A stretch of 62,716 bases of DNA, filler included, from Collodictyon triciliatum (Eukaryota): NCBI GenBank assembly GCA_043381765.1. It is 5 parts of 5 records of this genome, joined end to end, with 100 filler letters (N's around TTAATTAATTAA, not from the genome) between each part and the next. Parts side by side here need not be neighbours in the genome. Positions count along the whole stretch, not along the records: positions 15,196 to 30,287 come from JBHJMP010001722.1; 4 more parts are not named here. One strand, 5' to 3'. The notes under the pieces are model-generated. The model saw only the letters and a list, made by a program, of their open reading frames with translations. It was not told the origin of the DNA and ran no database searches. This document shows positions 15,096 to 27,956 of the stretch, in pieces; the first letter of the stretch is position 1, and every line of letters starts with the position of its first letter. Both the position numbers and the translations under genes were made by a program.

Positions 15096-15195
15096 NNNNN
15101 NNNNNNNNNNNNNNNNNNNNNNNNNNNNNNNNNNNNNNNTTAATTAATTAANNNNNNNNNNNNNNNNNNNNNNNNNNNNNNNNNNNNNNNNNNNN
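15096..15195. other. Assembly gap with artificial six-frame-stop spacer TTAATTAATTAA (15140-15151)
   Basis: An identical 12-mer sits centred in 100-nt N gaps here and at 30332, 45523 and 60711. This gap is flanked by poly-T and (ATGAATAA)n repeats. Confidence 0.95.
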
Positions 15196-15383
15196 ATGAA
15201 TAAATGAATAAATGAATAAATGAATAAATGAATAAATGAATAAATGAATAAATGAATAAATGAATAAATGAATAAATGAATAAATGAATAAATGAATAAA
15301 TGAATAAATTAATAAATCAATAAATCAATAAATCAATAAACAAATAAAAAATCAATAAATCACCAAATAAAACAAAATGGAAC

Positions 15384-18300
15384 CTGATATGAGAAATTTC
15401 CTTGGCAACCCCAATACTCCAAAGTGCTTCACTTACAGGCTTTGCACGAGTTTCATATTCAAATTTTTGAAGCATTCTGAAATCACCAGCTTCGAGAGAT
15501 TCTGTGCTTTCGAATGACAAAATCTACGATACGACTATGATTATTCAAAAAATGATCCAGAGAATTATACCGATTTTTTTAAAATTAAACATAATTTAAG
15601 GATACTATATGATTACCCTTCCATTTACGACCACAGAAAATGGCTTCATCCTAGTTATCTTTGAGCAAAACGAGGAATACTACATAAAAACTAAATTAAA
15701 AAACAAAGTAAAAACAAAAAAATATAACAAAACACAACAGTTGTGATGAATTGCGAGTACAAATCTGAGGCTTCTTTTTAATTATGATTAGGCTCAGGAA
15801 AGAATTTTTTTTATTAAGCTCAGATATAGCATACCCTTAATATTTGTTCTGGACTAAAGAAGGAACTCAAATCTTCGGCTTCTACTCCGTATTTTTTCAA
15901 TAGCATTAGGTAACCTACGTGGCAATCAAAGTTTTTGTCATTAAAAAAAATGTAAATTGCATTTAAGAAGGCATATAATAATATCAAATTATATAAAGAC
16001 CACTGCTGAGATGTACTCTATCACGAAGATTGGCTTCAGCCATCGCAAGATACTCCTTTGCAAAATTCACCCGCCGGCCGATGTTTAAGGAGTGGATGCC
16101 CATTTGTAGATGCATCGGTATGATGCTAGACGCTATTAGACAATAGGAGGTAAATGCAATTCTCTAATCTGATCGGCATCAATGTTAGATGTACCAACCT
16201 GACCTAGGCCAGAATGTTAAACGGGTGGTGTTGTCCTATAGTATCAAGATGAAGACTAAATGATAGCCTGCCCGTAATGAGCAACGTGGTTATATATCTA
16301 GTATGATGCGTTCATCCTGAAGATGATTACAGAAGCAATGGCGATGACATACCAATTCGTCCAGGGCAAGCAGCGCCGATTTTATAGAATAACCGTCATC
16401 CAAGTCAGAGCATACAATCACGGTACTGTACCTTGGCTCGCCAGATGTTCCTTGATAAAGGCGGAATAATGAGTGAGAAGGCGATATTTTATTTGTAAAT
16501 ATTTGAAACTATCTAGGCGATTACTATTAAATTCCATCAGCATATTAAAATTACCAGAAAGTTCAATAAATTCCATAGAGTCAATCAAATTTCTCGTCGA
16601 CTCTTTATTTTTGTTCACAAGATGGCTATAATTATAACACATGATTGAATATGTATGAAATTGTTCAGTTTGAAGTCATGTCTAATTTTTCATATTTTTT
16701 TTTCTAAAACCAAAAAAAAAAAAAAAAACACCTTAAATGATCTACCAATGGAACGAAGGATATAAGGTCATCAGAATCACTTGTGTATATGATCTTACTG
16801 TTCATTCTTTTGAAAACATCTACATCAATGGATTACCGTTTGAGTTATTGTTCTAAAACACTAAACCACACAGATTATTGGTCTCGAATCGTATTGAGTA
16901 TTTTTTCAAGGATATGTATCAGAATGATTTCAATCAATTAACGGAAAAAGAGAAAAAATGAGAACTCACCTGGTTGAGTCAAGATGGTTTTGTAAGGGTC
17001 ATCCTTGTCGGTCAGTATTTGACGCTTGACTAAGTCCACAAGCATTTTGTTCTCGCTTTGAATTAAGACATCTAATTGACTTAATGCCTAGTATCAAAAA
17101 AAAAAAATTACATTCGAAAAATCTGGTGGTCAAACATAAAAAAATCGATCCAAATTTTATACGCATATGTTGCAAATATTGTACCCCATATCCAAGTATC
17201 GGCCTTCCATTGAAAAACATAGCTGGAGTATTTTTTATGTTCAGATTTTCTAGGAACACTTCCTGACTGATGATATTGAACTTGTCGGTAGATTTGAATA
17301 TCTGCTCAATGTCATCGAGATGGATGATGCTGCTCCAGCGACTAATAATATCACCGCCATTCAACGACATTAGTGTATAATTCAACCATGAAATTAGAAT
17401 CTTATGAAATATTTCTAAATACATTACTAAAACGAAGGTATTATCATATGGCTAGTGATTAAAATTGAAGGATTTAGCTACTTTTTTTTTAAAAAAAAAG
17501 GATGTATCAAAAGTCATAATCATAATCATAGTCATATCAAAACCACAACCACAACCACAACCACAACCAAAAACCACAACCAAAAACCAAAACAAAACCA
17601 AAACAAAACCAAAACAAAACCAAAACAAAACCAAAACAAAACCAAAACAAAACCAAAATCAAAACCAAAATCAAAACCAAAATCAAAACCAAAATCAAAA
17701 CCAAAATCAAAACCAAAATCAAAACCAAAATCAAAACCACAATAATCAAGAGAATTATATATATATTCGAAAACCTGCGCACATGTTTGTAACCCCGAAT
17801 TATTGCATCAAGAGATATCGCTGTTTGGGGGCTGGTCCTTCCATAATTCCAAACCTTGAACACCCATCGAAGAATGAAATAGATGGATAATTATAGGCGG
17901 AGCATATGGGAAAAGTACAGTAGGTGATTGTTCTCAAAAGAAAAGAATAAGACTGTGGCAAAATGCTTACACCGTCTAGTAAAGCAAGGGCGCCGGGACC
18001 GATTTTTTTGTGCAGATAATAAAACAGAGTGTTGAAGGCCTCTGATATGCTCCTTAATTTTGGAATTCTCGTCTCTAATTGAAGTTGCGGTTGATTCAAA
18101 ATAAATTATTCGATTTTATGTCTTACCTTTACGAGTCTTTATGAGTAAATCCATATTATTTTCATTGTATCGCAGGTTAGCCGCTTTACTTACGTCCTGG
18201 AATATGAAATAAAAAACCAAATCTAAAGGGTGCATTCGTTTTGATAAGACTCAAAACTTCGTTGTACATTCTTAATAGCCCTGAGTCCAATGGGTTCCAA

Positions 18301-21300
18301 ATGAAAATAATGTTATAAAGGTTTTTCGATAACAAAGCAGGTGCTCCAGTGGATGGTAGATTTAAGATCTGCAACGGGCGTTATTTATTTATAATTTTAA
18401 AAAAAGGATACACTGGATAAATGATTATTAATAATAATATAATTATAAAACATATTTTTACAGACAAAACACACTAATAATATTTTAATAGTGATAGTAT
18501 TGGTATTTTCCAAACATGTGAAACGTTCTTTGGCCATTTTGAACTTGAAGAATCAGTCTCGATGTTATTTATAAACAAAACAGACTCCGACAAAGTATTT
18601 ATGCGATAGCAAAAGGGACTTGTTTGTACAAAAAAAATATTTTTTTTAAAATAAATAATATTTTATTCCACTGCCTCGTAAAAGTTTTAATTTCATGAAA
18701 TTTGATAAATAAAATCGAAACACAATAGTATTAGACAAAAGAGATCAAAATATTGAGCTTTGCTTCGAACTTGTCAACATACACTTTTCTCACGGTGTTT
18801 AACTTCTCAGTGACCACCTGCAATATATCAACTGGCAAGTTCATAGTGTAAAGCATATTCAGGAAGTGTAGTTCGTTGAATAGGATGGAATAAAGCCTAA
18901 TTTGTTGAGAAAATTTGGATCATGCAATTTGATTGAGAGATAAAATATATAGATAAAAGAATATAAATTTGAATCACAAACGAACGATGAGTCTGTTACT
19001 TGTGCGGATTTAAGTCATCTATGGATAAATATTTCCCATTTAATAGGATATAATTCGAGCTTTTATCATTTAACTCTTGGAGGAGACTGAGAGATTTGTT
19101 GACCGATAAATCGAGGGGTATATCGCTCAAAACTGTTACTATGGACGGATAGTTTTGTGATATTGTTTGGAGAGAATATAACGGATCATTGCTGGTCATT
19201 ATGGTGCTGACAGTTTGGATTCCTAAATCTGATTTAGATGCGAGATTTTTTTATTTTATTTTTTTACAAAAGGAATAGAGGGAACAGTACATTGAATTCT
19301 AAACTTAGAAATCAAAGGAATCATGTATTTCATATGATATCAATATGGTTATATTATGATATTCGCATTTTAATGTTAAGCAGAAATACTTTTGAAATGT
19401 TCTTGTTTAATCCTCCTAAAGTCACTTGTTAGGTAATTGAAGAAAACATGGTTGCCCGCAGATGCATCATCACTTGTTGATATCATCGCAATAAGTTTCT
19501 CCATGCTAGTCTGAATCCAATTATTTGATAGCCATATAAAAACATAGGTTTAATGTTGTGATTTATTTTGAAAAAAAAAAAGGGTGATTGGATATGTTTT
19601 AGTAAATAAAGAATCATACCTCATCATAGGATTGAGTTATTTTTCGTGAAAAGTCAAAAGAAGCTAACACATAAATCATAATTTTTTTATCTATATTAGC
19701 ATTAATAGTAGTGTTAAAATGTTCTTTTTTTTAAAAAAAATATAATGCAGCAGGTTTACCCTTTTTATTAGTCTCAAAAGGGTCATCAACTACAGGATAG
19801 TCTGTATTCTTAATGGCAAGCTCTATACCAAATCCTGGGACAACAACGTGACTGGCTCTGAAAAAGCTCCAATCAAATGGTCTTAAAACATAGTTTATAA
19901 GGCCCTTTTTGTTTTATTTTAAAATCATTAAAAAAAATCATTAAAATCACCGAAAAATTAAAATGCATATCCTAAGAGAACACATCAGCAAATATATTCA
20001 TTCTTTTCAATGACTTTTCATTTAAGTTATTAACTGTTTAATGGCCAACTTTATCATTAAAGGAATTGAAATCATGGGATGTTATCATGAAATTGAATTG
20101 TTCGAAGACAGACAAAATTTTCTTTAGGTTTTTAGAGAAGGTGCTGCACAAGGATATTTTCAATATTAATACATATTTCCACACCTTTTCTGCGCATTCC
20201 TTTAATTTTCCATGAAAGTTCTTGAAGGTAGAACTCAAGAAAGAGCCGTGAAGTACTACTGTTAACCGTTCATCTTGATATTGACCATATTTGTGGTCTG
20301 TTGAGAAAACATCCTGTCTGGTGGTAAGAAAATTCAGGAAGTCTTACTTCCGAAATCACATAATCAAGTCGTGTTGGATGCTCGGGATTTATTTGAAAGG
20401 AAGAAAAGACGGAAAATTTGAAACAAATCAGACCGAAATGCACCAGTGATATTTTTCACAGGCCTAGCAATGATTTGGTCAATTTTATGTAATTCACAGT
20501 AAATATTTTGATATCCATCGATAACGAACCACATAGGGCATATATTTGACGATGATACCTGGGTGATAGTAAAATGATTTTAAAAGTCGTTTCAGGACAT
20601 CAATTTACCCACATAGCCACTCGAAAATGACTGTTTCTTAAGCTAGAAAAAGAAAAAGAAAAAGAAAAGAAAAAGAAAAGAAAAGAAAAAGGAAAAGAAA
20701 AAGGAAAAGAAAACGGAAAGAAAAAGGAAAGAAAAAGGAATGAAAAAGAAAAGAAAAAGAAAAGGAAAAGAAAAAGGAAAGAAAAAGGAAAGAAAATAAA
20801 AGGAAAGAAAGAAAAGAAAGAAAAAGAAAAGGAAAAAGGAAGGAAAAAAAGAAAAGAAAAAGAAAAAGAAAAAGAAAAGAAAAGAATCAGAAAAAGGAAA
20901 GAAAAAGGAAAGAAAAAGGAAAGAAAAAGGAAAGAAAAAGGAAAGAAAAAGGAAAGAAAAAGGAAAGAAAAAGGAAAGAAAAAGGAAAGAAAAAGGAAAG
21001 AAAAGAAAAGAAAAGAAAAGAAAAGAAAAAGAAAAAGGAAAGAAAAGAAAAGGTAAGAAATAAGGAAAGAAAAGGATAATAAAAATTAAACGAAAAACAA
21101 GATAAGATAAAATAAGAAAAGAAAAGAAAAGAAAATAGTTTTCAAATGGACATGATTGCACACCTGGATGTATTCACCGGTATTTTCATGCCAGGTTTCA
21201 TTAGCTACTTGATGAAATGAAGCAACCAAGGGAGAATAGTATCGCAATGAGAGGCTCCATTTGAAGAGACTTTTTGCTAAACCAAAAATATCTCCAGAAT

Positions 21301-21953
21301 ATGCGGAAAATACTTCGTCGAACAATTGCAATATATGATGATAATTTTCTCGGTCATTTTCTTGATACTGAAACCTTTCCAAAAGGCTCCAAAAAGTATC
21401 ATCGTCCCACTGGAAAAATTCCCTATGTCAATAAAAAAAAAAGAAGGATAAAAACATGTGCTAACGCTCAAAAAGTTGGAGTAAAACACCGACTCAGGTT
21501 AGGATTAATAAAGATAAGAAAGGGAAAAAAATACTACATGGCCTCCAGAAGCCAAGGAGTATTGCCCCATCTTGCCTCCATCATGACTTGAATTTTGGGA
21601 GGAAACAGACTCTGGATATTCTAATGGCCGATAAATAGGCAATTTTCTTTTGGTTAAATAGCAGATAAGAGGATTCCACAGAAAAATAGTATTATCTTTT
21701 CATTTCTGCAGCCATGTCTTTATATTTTGTTCTGCAGTCGCGTAAACCCGTCATCGTTTGATTGTTTAATCATCTACTTATTTATTTTTGCCTTTCATGG
21801 TAGATGCGCACGGGATAATATCATACGTTCGACATACATATACTTATATTGTTATTATTGTTATCGCTATCTTCTGCAAATACTCACATTCGATTCGACA
21901 GCCATCGCAGCAACTAACAATGACACCATCACAACAAGCAAGGGCGCTTTCAT
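15384..21953 (-). CDS. UGGT: UDP-glucose:glycoprotein glucosyltransferase, N-terminal thioredoxin-like domains; 3' part (GT24 catalytic domain) lost at the gap
   Basis: Signal-peptide exon MKAPLLVVMVSLLVAAMAVESN (ATG at 21953). Later exons give KIQVMMEARWGNTPWLLEAMEFF, KWSLSLRYYSPLV, PLYSLQTISQNYPSI, YILLNGKYL, KNLYNIIFIWNP, TVIVCSDLD and VVNGRILSF...AGDFRMLQKFE, all collinear with UGGT family motifs. Confidence 0.9.
17538..17740. repeat. Compound (AACCAC)/(AAAACC/AAAATC)n microsatellite, UGGT intron
   Basis: Read directly from the sequence. Confidence 0.9.
20645..21135. repeat. Low-complexity (GAAAA/GGAAAGAAAAA)n purine tract, UGGT intron
   Basis: Read directly from the sequence. Confidence 0.9.
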
Positions 21954-22776
21954 CGGTGCAGCTGAGCAAAGTGGGAGAGTTGGTGCGATAAAACGAAGGA
22001 AACGATACTGCTTCAAAATTGTGTAGATATTCCTGCGTTCTGCGAAGAAGTGAATAAGTCATGGCAGTCTGTTTAGATATCAAATACGCGATGGCAGGAT
22101 ATCTGCAACCTTGTTAAACTTATTTATGAGGCTCCTTAGAATCCTCACGCGTATTACATTGAATACATAACGCACAAATAGCTGAGAAAGTGGTATCATA
22201 TTCTTCTAGTTATTAGAAGAATATAATTCAGGAATAAATAAAAGGATTGCCACAATACAAAGCTCCAATCGTGAGCATAGCAACGAATAGAAGAAAAGGA
22301 TTGAGCCCAAAAAAAAAAAACATTCTTCTTTCCTAGATCATTCCGCGAAAGGCTCGCCACTTCGAACAGGACAGACAAGATATAAAACAAACCAATTCAC
22401 TCGAAACGCCCTCTCAACACTTCGCCCTTCCCCAACGATCAACCTTCTCAACAAAAAAAAAAAAAAAAACCTTTGTTAGCCACCGATTATTATTTGAATA
22501 TTTAAATTGCCTTACATATAAACAAGCGAAAGAACCACCCTCATGCTGACTTTTCTTTACACACAAAATCTTTCCGCAACTCCCACGAGCCAGCCATTCA
22601 CCACAACAAAAGCAAACCATAGGATTGATATAACATCCCTCTCAATAGATAGATAGAAGAACAAGAATATAATATCTATATATTTATAAAAATTAAAGAG
22701 GTTAATAAACAAACAAAAACGAATCATTAACGCAAATGAACCCCAAGGGACAAGCAAAGCAAAGCCAAGCCAAGCC

Positions 22777-24785
22777 ATGCACCCGTCCTCGCCCGTCACC
22801 AGCCTCCACCACAACTTCCGCGGGTCGCTCTCTCTGGACAGCCCACACACGTCCCCAACACGGCACACAACCACGCACGCAGCCATCCAAGTCATCGTCC
22901 TGCCAACAGCCGACGAGCCGGCCACCCTTTTCGCCCGCCCACGCCGCGCAGGCGCCCTGGACTTCGAGTCTGCCGAGAACCAGCCGCCGAACCAGGCCTC
23001 GTCGCTCTCGCTGAGCCTTTCGCTGAACCTGCCGGGCACTTCGGCGAATGCGAAGGAGAGTGCCTTCCTTTCGGCGAACCTGCCGGGCGGCTGCGCTTCG
23101 GCGAACGCAAAGGAGAGTGCCTTCCTTTCGGCGAACGCGGGGCTCCCCCTCGCGCTGCAGAAGCGCAGCCGCCTGGCGCTGACGCAGCGGTCGCGGTCGT
23201 TCTCGGGCAGCGGGGCCCTGGCCACAGCAGCGGGCGAGTGCGGGGCGGCGGGCGGGCACTTCCGCGAGCCGCAGGCGGTGGGTGCGGACGGGCCCCTCCG
23301 GATGCGCAGCCGCGGGGTGTCTGTGCTTGTGCAGGAGCAGCGGCTGCAGCCCTTCGCCCCGGACTCGTTCAGCAACCCGCCCACGCCCACGATGCACTCG
23401 CTGCTGGCCGCCCCCCGCGCGGACGACCCCCTCGACGTCGTCTTTGCCACCGCCGGCCTCCAACCGGGCGCCCCCTCCCTCCCCACCATCGTCGACACCG
23501 CAAACGTCGAGCTCAAGTGCATCTCTGCCCAGACGGTGGGTGTCTCTTTTATTTTTGTTTTGTTTTGTTTTATTTTGTTTTTTAATTCTGTTTTACTTGG
23601 TTTCCTTTTGTTTTCTTTTATTTTGTTTTACTTTGTTTTCTTTTTATTCCTCTTGTTTCCTTTTGTTTTAATTTGTTTTATCGATCGCGGATTTCGTCAT
23701 ATCACCCGTGTATATAGGTGGAGTGAATGACACCTGTCAAGTAACCCGCTTTTTTTTTATTCATTTTTTTAATTTGTGTGTTTGTGTATTTGGGATTGTG
23801 GGATTGTAGATGGCCGATGTTGTGAATGGCGCGTATCAGCACCTGTTTCCGAGATTTGTTTTGGTGGATTGTCGGTATCCGTATGAGTACGAGGGTGGCC
23901 ATGTGCGCGGTGCCGTGAATGTCCCGCGCCTGGAGTTGGTTCAGAGCACTTTCTTTGATGCGCTCCCGGCATTCTCGTCGGATACGTGCGTCATCTTCTA
24001 CTGCGAGTTCTCGTCCCACAGAGGCCCAAAGTCGTATCCTTAGTTTAACTTTGTTAATCTATCAGTACTATAAGTATTCATATCGTGACTATCATTTTTT
24101 TTTATCTTTTTTAGCATTATTACTGTTACCATCGTTGTTTTTCAATATGTGGCGCATTATTATTGTAATTTTACCACTGGTGATATTTATCCTGTTATTT
24201 TGTATCATCTTGTGATTATTACATCGATGCGATGCCAAGCCTATCCGCCGTGACTCTGACCCCCCACACCGAATGGGATTCTCATCTCTACCTGTTAGTC
24301 TATCTACCCCGTTCTTTATGATTCGAAGCCGGTTATGCCAAATGTGTCACCATTTATTCCCTTGACCGAATGGAACTAAAAAAAAAGATTCCGTCAGTTA
24401 CGCTCTATTGACCGACGAATGAACGAGATGAACTATCCTCTGCTCTCGTATCCCAATGTCTATCTCATGTCGGGTGGCTACAGGAAATTCTTTGCCGCCC
24501 ACAAGGTGAGGCCTGTTTGCTCTAGCGTCATTAATCGCCAAAATACCTCTTTTTCAAACAATCAAGCTTTGTCTCTTGCTCAGGCGTGAACGAAAATGCT
24601 ATGTGTCTTACCGAATGTTTCGCATGTAGGATTGCTGTGACCCGGAGGCATATATCGAGATGAACGATCCAAAGTACAACCTTGAGCTCAAGTCTTTCAC
24701 GAGCACCACCCGCCGTTTGAGCGAGAAGCGTTCACGCAGCCAAAACGAAGTTGCCAACCTCCAAGCCCCTTGCTCTCCTTGGTAA
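22777..24785 (+). CDS. CDC25: Cdc25 (M-phase inducer) dual-specificity phosphatase, 4 exons
   Basis: Exons are approximately 22777-23536, 23810-24033, 24388-24505 and 24630-24785. Rhodanese-fold motifs: KCISAQT, VDCRYPYEYEGGHVRGAVN, FYCEFSSHRGP, RSIDR..N..NYP.LSYPNVYLMSGGYRKFF and YIEMND. The 3' end could splice further at gtaagt 24782. Confidence 0.93.
24034..24387 (+). other. U12-type (minor spliceosome) GT-AG intron in Cdc25
   Basis: Donor GTATCCTTAG. Branch-like TTCCCTTGAC at ~24357-24366. No polypyrimidine tract before the AAG acceptor. This splice gives RGPKSFRQLRSIDR, the same register as Cdc25 RGPRMCRYVRERDR. Confidence 0.8.
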
Positions 24786-25924
24786 GTGCCGTATCTGTCG
24801 TTTAAGAAGGCAAGAGCTGGTCTACTTTCAGCAATCTTGCTTCATGCCACTTTGTCACGATGCGACCTGTCAATCCTCATCCACCTCCTCCATCACAGAG
24901 CGGGAAGCACATACATACATCCAGCCCTTCGAACTGAGCCTTGTCTTTCAATAACATCATACATTGCAACGATTTGGAACTTTGGAAGATACCAATCGTG
25001 ACTGTGGATGAATCAATGATTGACAGGCGAAGAAGGACACACCCAGCCAAACCACTTCCCACAATACTAGCGTGTTTCTCAACAAGATACGAAGTGGCAA
25101 TTACTTCCGAGCCTTTTCCCTCTCTTTCTTTTTTCTACCTCCCACACCAACACTTCATTATATTGCTACGCAAATTCCCTGTCTACTTCTCATCCTCCCT
25201 TAGCACCGTTCGTGGGGTACTTATACAGACTAACTTGGCCTCATCGGTTTACATGCATTAAAGAGAATCTCGTCACAGACGTCTTTGTTACTGCTTGCGC
25301 TCTTATCTCCTGTCCATGTCTAAATGCCAGGCCGCCCCGGACTCTGCATAAAATTAAAAAAATAAAAACATGAATTGTTCCGCAGACTGGTTGGTGTAGT
25401 TTCCACTTTCGGTCATACCAAACCGGTATGATTTCATTTTTTGCAAGTACGAAACGATTCCGCTTTTGTTCAAATATTTTTGACATCGATCACACTTTTT
25501 GCCATTTCCATCTGCCGCAAGCAACATAACATACAAGCCAGGACAGCCGCGGTTGGTCGAAGTTTCTGTCCATACGAGTCGGCTGCTTGTTTCAGAGTCA
25601 GCACCGCGCTAACGTCTTTTTCTTTACTCAAAGACCACCACGGCTTGGCTAACGAGTGCCTATTGCCGTCAAGTATTCCTGCCATTCTCTCTCCTCTTTG
25701 CCGGTTGTCTCTACCACACCAGTTCGAAGAGAAACTGATGTTGATAGGCTGCGCCTTCTGCTCACCTTATAGTTTGCGTATTTGGCCCAGAGATGGAGAT
25801 GGAATAATAATACCTGTCCACATGATACCTCCCTCTTTTCTTGTTTTCATTTCTTTAGTGAAGTGATATTCTCTCTCCTCACACTTCAGAGCGCGATCAA
25901 AGACACCAACCAGCTTACAACCCG

Positions 25925-27956
25925 ATGGCCACGGAGAGCGGCAACTGGGAAAATCCGCAGGGCAAACGGCGGATGACATTTGGCTCGTTCAGCGGGACGC
26001 GCGAGCAGATGGATCAGATGCGCGGAGCAGCCGTGTCGGGCGGACAGCGAATGGCACCGGCTGGATTGGTGGTGACTAACATGCCTTCGATTGAGGAGCA
26101 GACGCCATCTTCTCCAGATATGCGCGGTCGTGTGGAGAGTATTTTTCAGGTTTTTTTTTTTTCATAAATGGTGCATATCACAAGCGGTTTTTTTTTTAAA
26201 AAAAAAAAGATGCGATTTTGTCACCTTTTTGTGCAATTCTTATCGTATGCATATGTTTCATTTTTATTGCAACTGCAAATCCATATTTTCCATATCTTTT
26301 CTTTTGGATAATGATAATGTTAATAATACCTAAAATTATAAAATTTCCATGTAATGCATTTTTTTTTGCTTCTCTTCGACTTGCTTGTCTGCCAAAAAAA
26401 AAGGGTCCCAAAACGAGTGAGTTTGGCGTGACGAGTCATTTCGGCATGAATGAGAAGAAAGAAAATCAGGTTTGGTGGAAAGCTAGATGATAAATGGAGA
26501 TGCTTTGTGTGAATTTTCAAACAGTGTTCATGCTGCTGCGAGATATCAAAAAAAAAAATCACCGAATGGTTAAATCATACGTGATTATTTTTTTTTAAAA
26601 AAAAAGTATCTCAATAATTCCATTTTATGAACAGGATGATTGTAAGCGTATATTTAATTACATTTCTTCTTTTTTTTATGTATGAAACGAAATTAAGGAC
26701 ACCTTCTTCTATGTGGACAGCTTCGCCGGTCGTGAGGATGCTGCTCTTTTTGGTGTGTTTGATGGCCATGGAAGTGGAGGTGGTGATGCAGCCCGATACG
26801 CAAAGGACATATTCTACAAGAGCTTGCTAGAATGTTACGAAACCATGGATAGTCGCGAGGAGGAAATCCACCACTCTTTCGTCACCACACAGAAGCAGAT
26901 GGAAATTGGAGACCGCTTCAAGCTTTGTGGGACAACAGCAACCATATGTTTGGTATCAGGGCTCTTTATATACGTCGCCAACGTGGGTGATTCGAAAGGC
27001 ATTCTGGGTAGAGAGTGCGTTCCTTGCTTCAAAGAGAGCGGGCCTAATGGAACACATGTCAGATCGTTTGATATAACGCCTGACCATAAGGTGAACTCGC
27101 TTTCCTCTTCCTTTCTTCGTTCCCTTTTATCGGTTAATAATCTCAAATGGCTGTATTGCATCATTTCTCTCTGGATATTGCTTCAATTAGCTCCACACCG
27201 AATAGAAATGGCTCTAATCTGCTATTATCTCGAACTGTGAATACAGCTGAATAATATCCCCGAGAGGCAGCGGGTTATACAAGCTGGAGCATTGGTTAAA
27301 AGGCATCCCAAACTTGCACGTGATTGTGAAAGGATATGGAAGGAGGGCCAAAATTACCCTGGGTTGGTTCTCACAAGGTCACTCGGGGACACCATCGGAC
27401 ATCGGCTAGGTGTCATTTGCGAGCCGGAGATTCGAAGGAAATTATTAGAGAAGCGAGATAAGGTACTTTCCTCCACCTGGAAATGCGATGATTATCTGCA
27501 ATTCGTTTGGATGCGGTGTAAATTAAATGCTATCACTTTTTATGTGTCAGATTCGATGCAAATGAGTTATCAAATATACGACAGATTATTGTAATTGCCA
27601 GTGATGGCGTGTGGGATGTGATATCACCGCAGGCATCTATCGATCTGGTCGTTGGCTACGATAACCCTGGTGCTGCAACTGAGGCTCTTGTGGAGGTATT
27701 TGCTCGATAACTTCATCCGTAACCTGATTTGAGTGATACTTGACCCCACGACCTTGCTCCAAGATTATAATTCGTGTAATTTTACCCCCGCGTTGGGGCT
27801 GCATATCTATATTTATTATACGGAAAATAATCTCTTCTTTTCCTCTCCTTTTTTTTTTTTATGCTGCAGACTTGCCTGAAAAACTGGAAGGAAAAGTATG
27901 CGGATGGTGACAACATAACGGCTATTGTTGTTTTTCTTGGCGCCATCAAAATGTGA
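25925..27956 (+). CDS. Protein phosphatase 2C (PPM family), multi-exon
   Basis: Motifs ENQ/D, LFGVFDGHG, CGTTAT, YVANVGDS, DHK, PGLVLTRSLGD, IASDGVWD and DGDNITAIVVF are joined by GT-AG introns. TGA at 27954-27956. Confidence 0.92.

Noticed and set aside
15140-15151. TTAATTAATTAA palindrome repeated four times in the window
   Set aside because: It is always centred in N runs and puts stops in all six frames, so it is an assembly spacer rather than biology.
15598-15605. Second GTATCCTT (minus strand) in a UGGT intron
   Set aside because: Frame is kept only with the upstream gtaatc donor (NGR/ILSF), and there is no U12 branch motif.
15915-16431. Apparent long GC-richer intron or nested foreign fragment in UGGT
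   Set aside because: On the minus strand it contains UGGT exons (YSTVIVCSDLDD...LDEL; IIPMHLQ...NFAKEYL) with ordinary GT-AG ends.
22557-23671. Long overlapping ORFs on both strands around Cdc25 exon 1
   Set aside because: These are shadow ORFs caused by high GC and few stop codons. Only the 22777 frame splices into the phosphatase domain.
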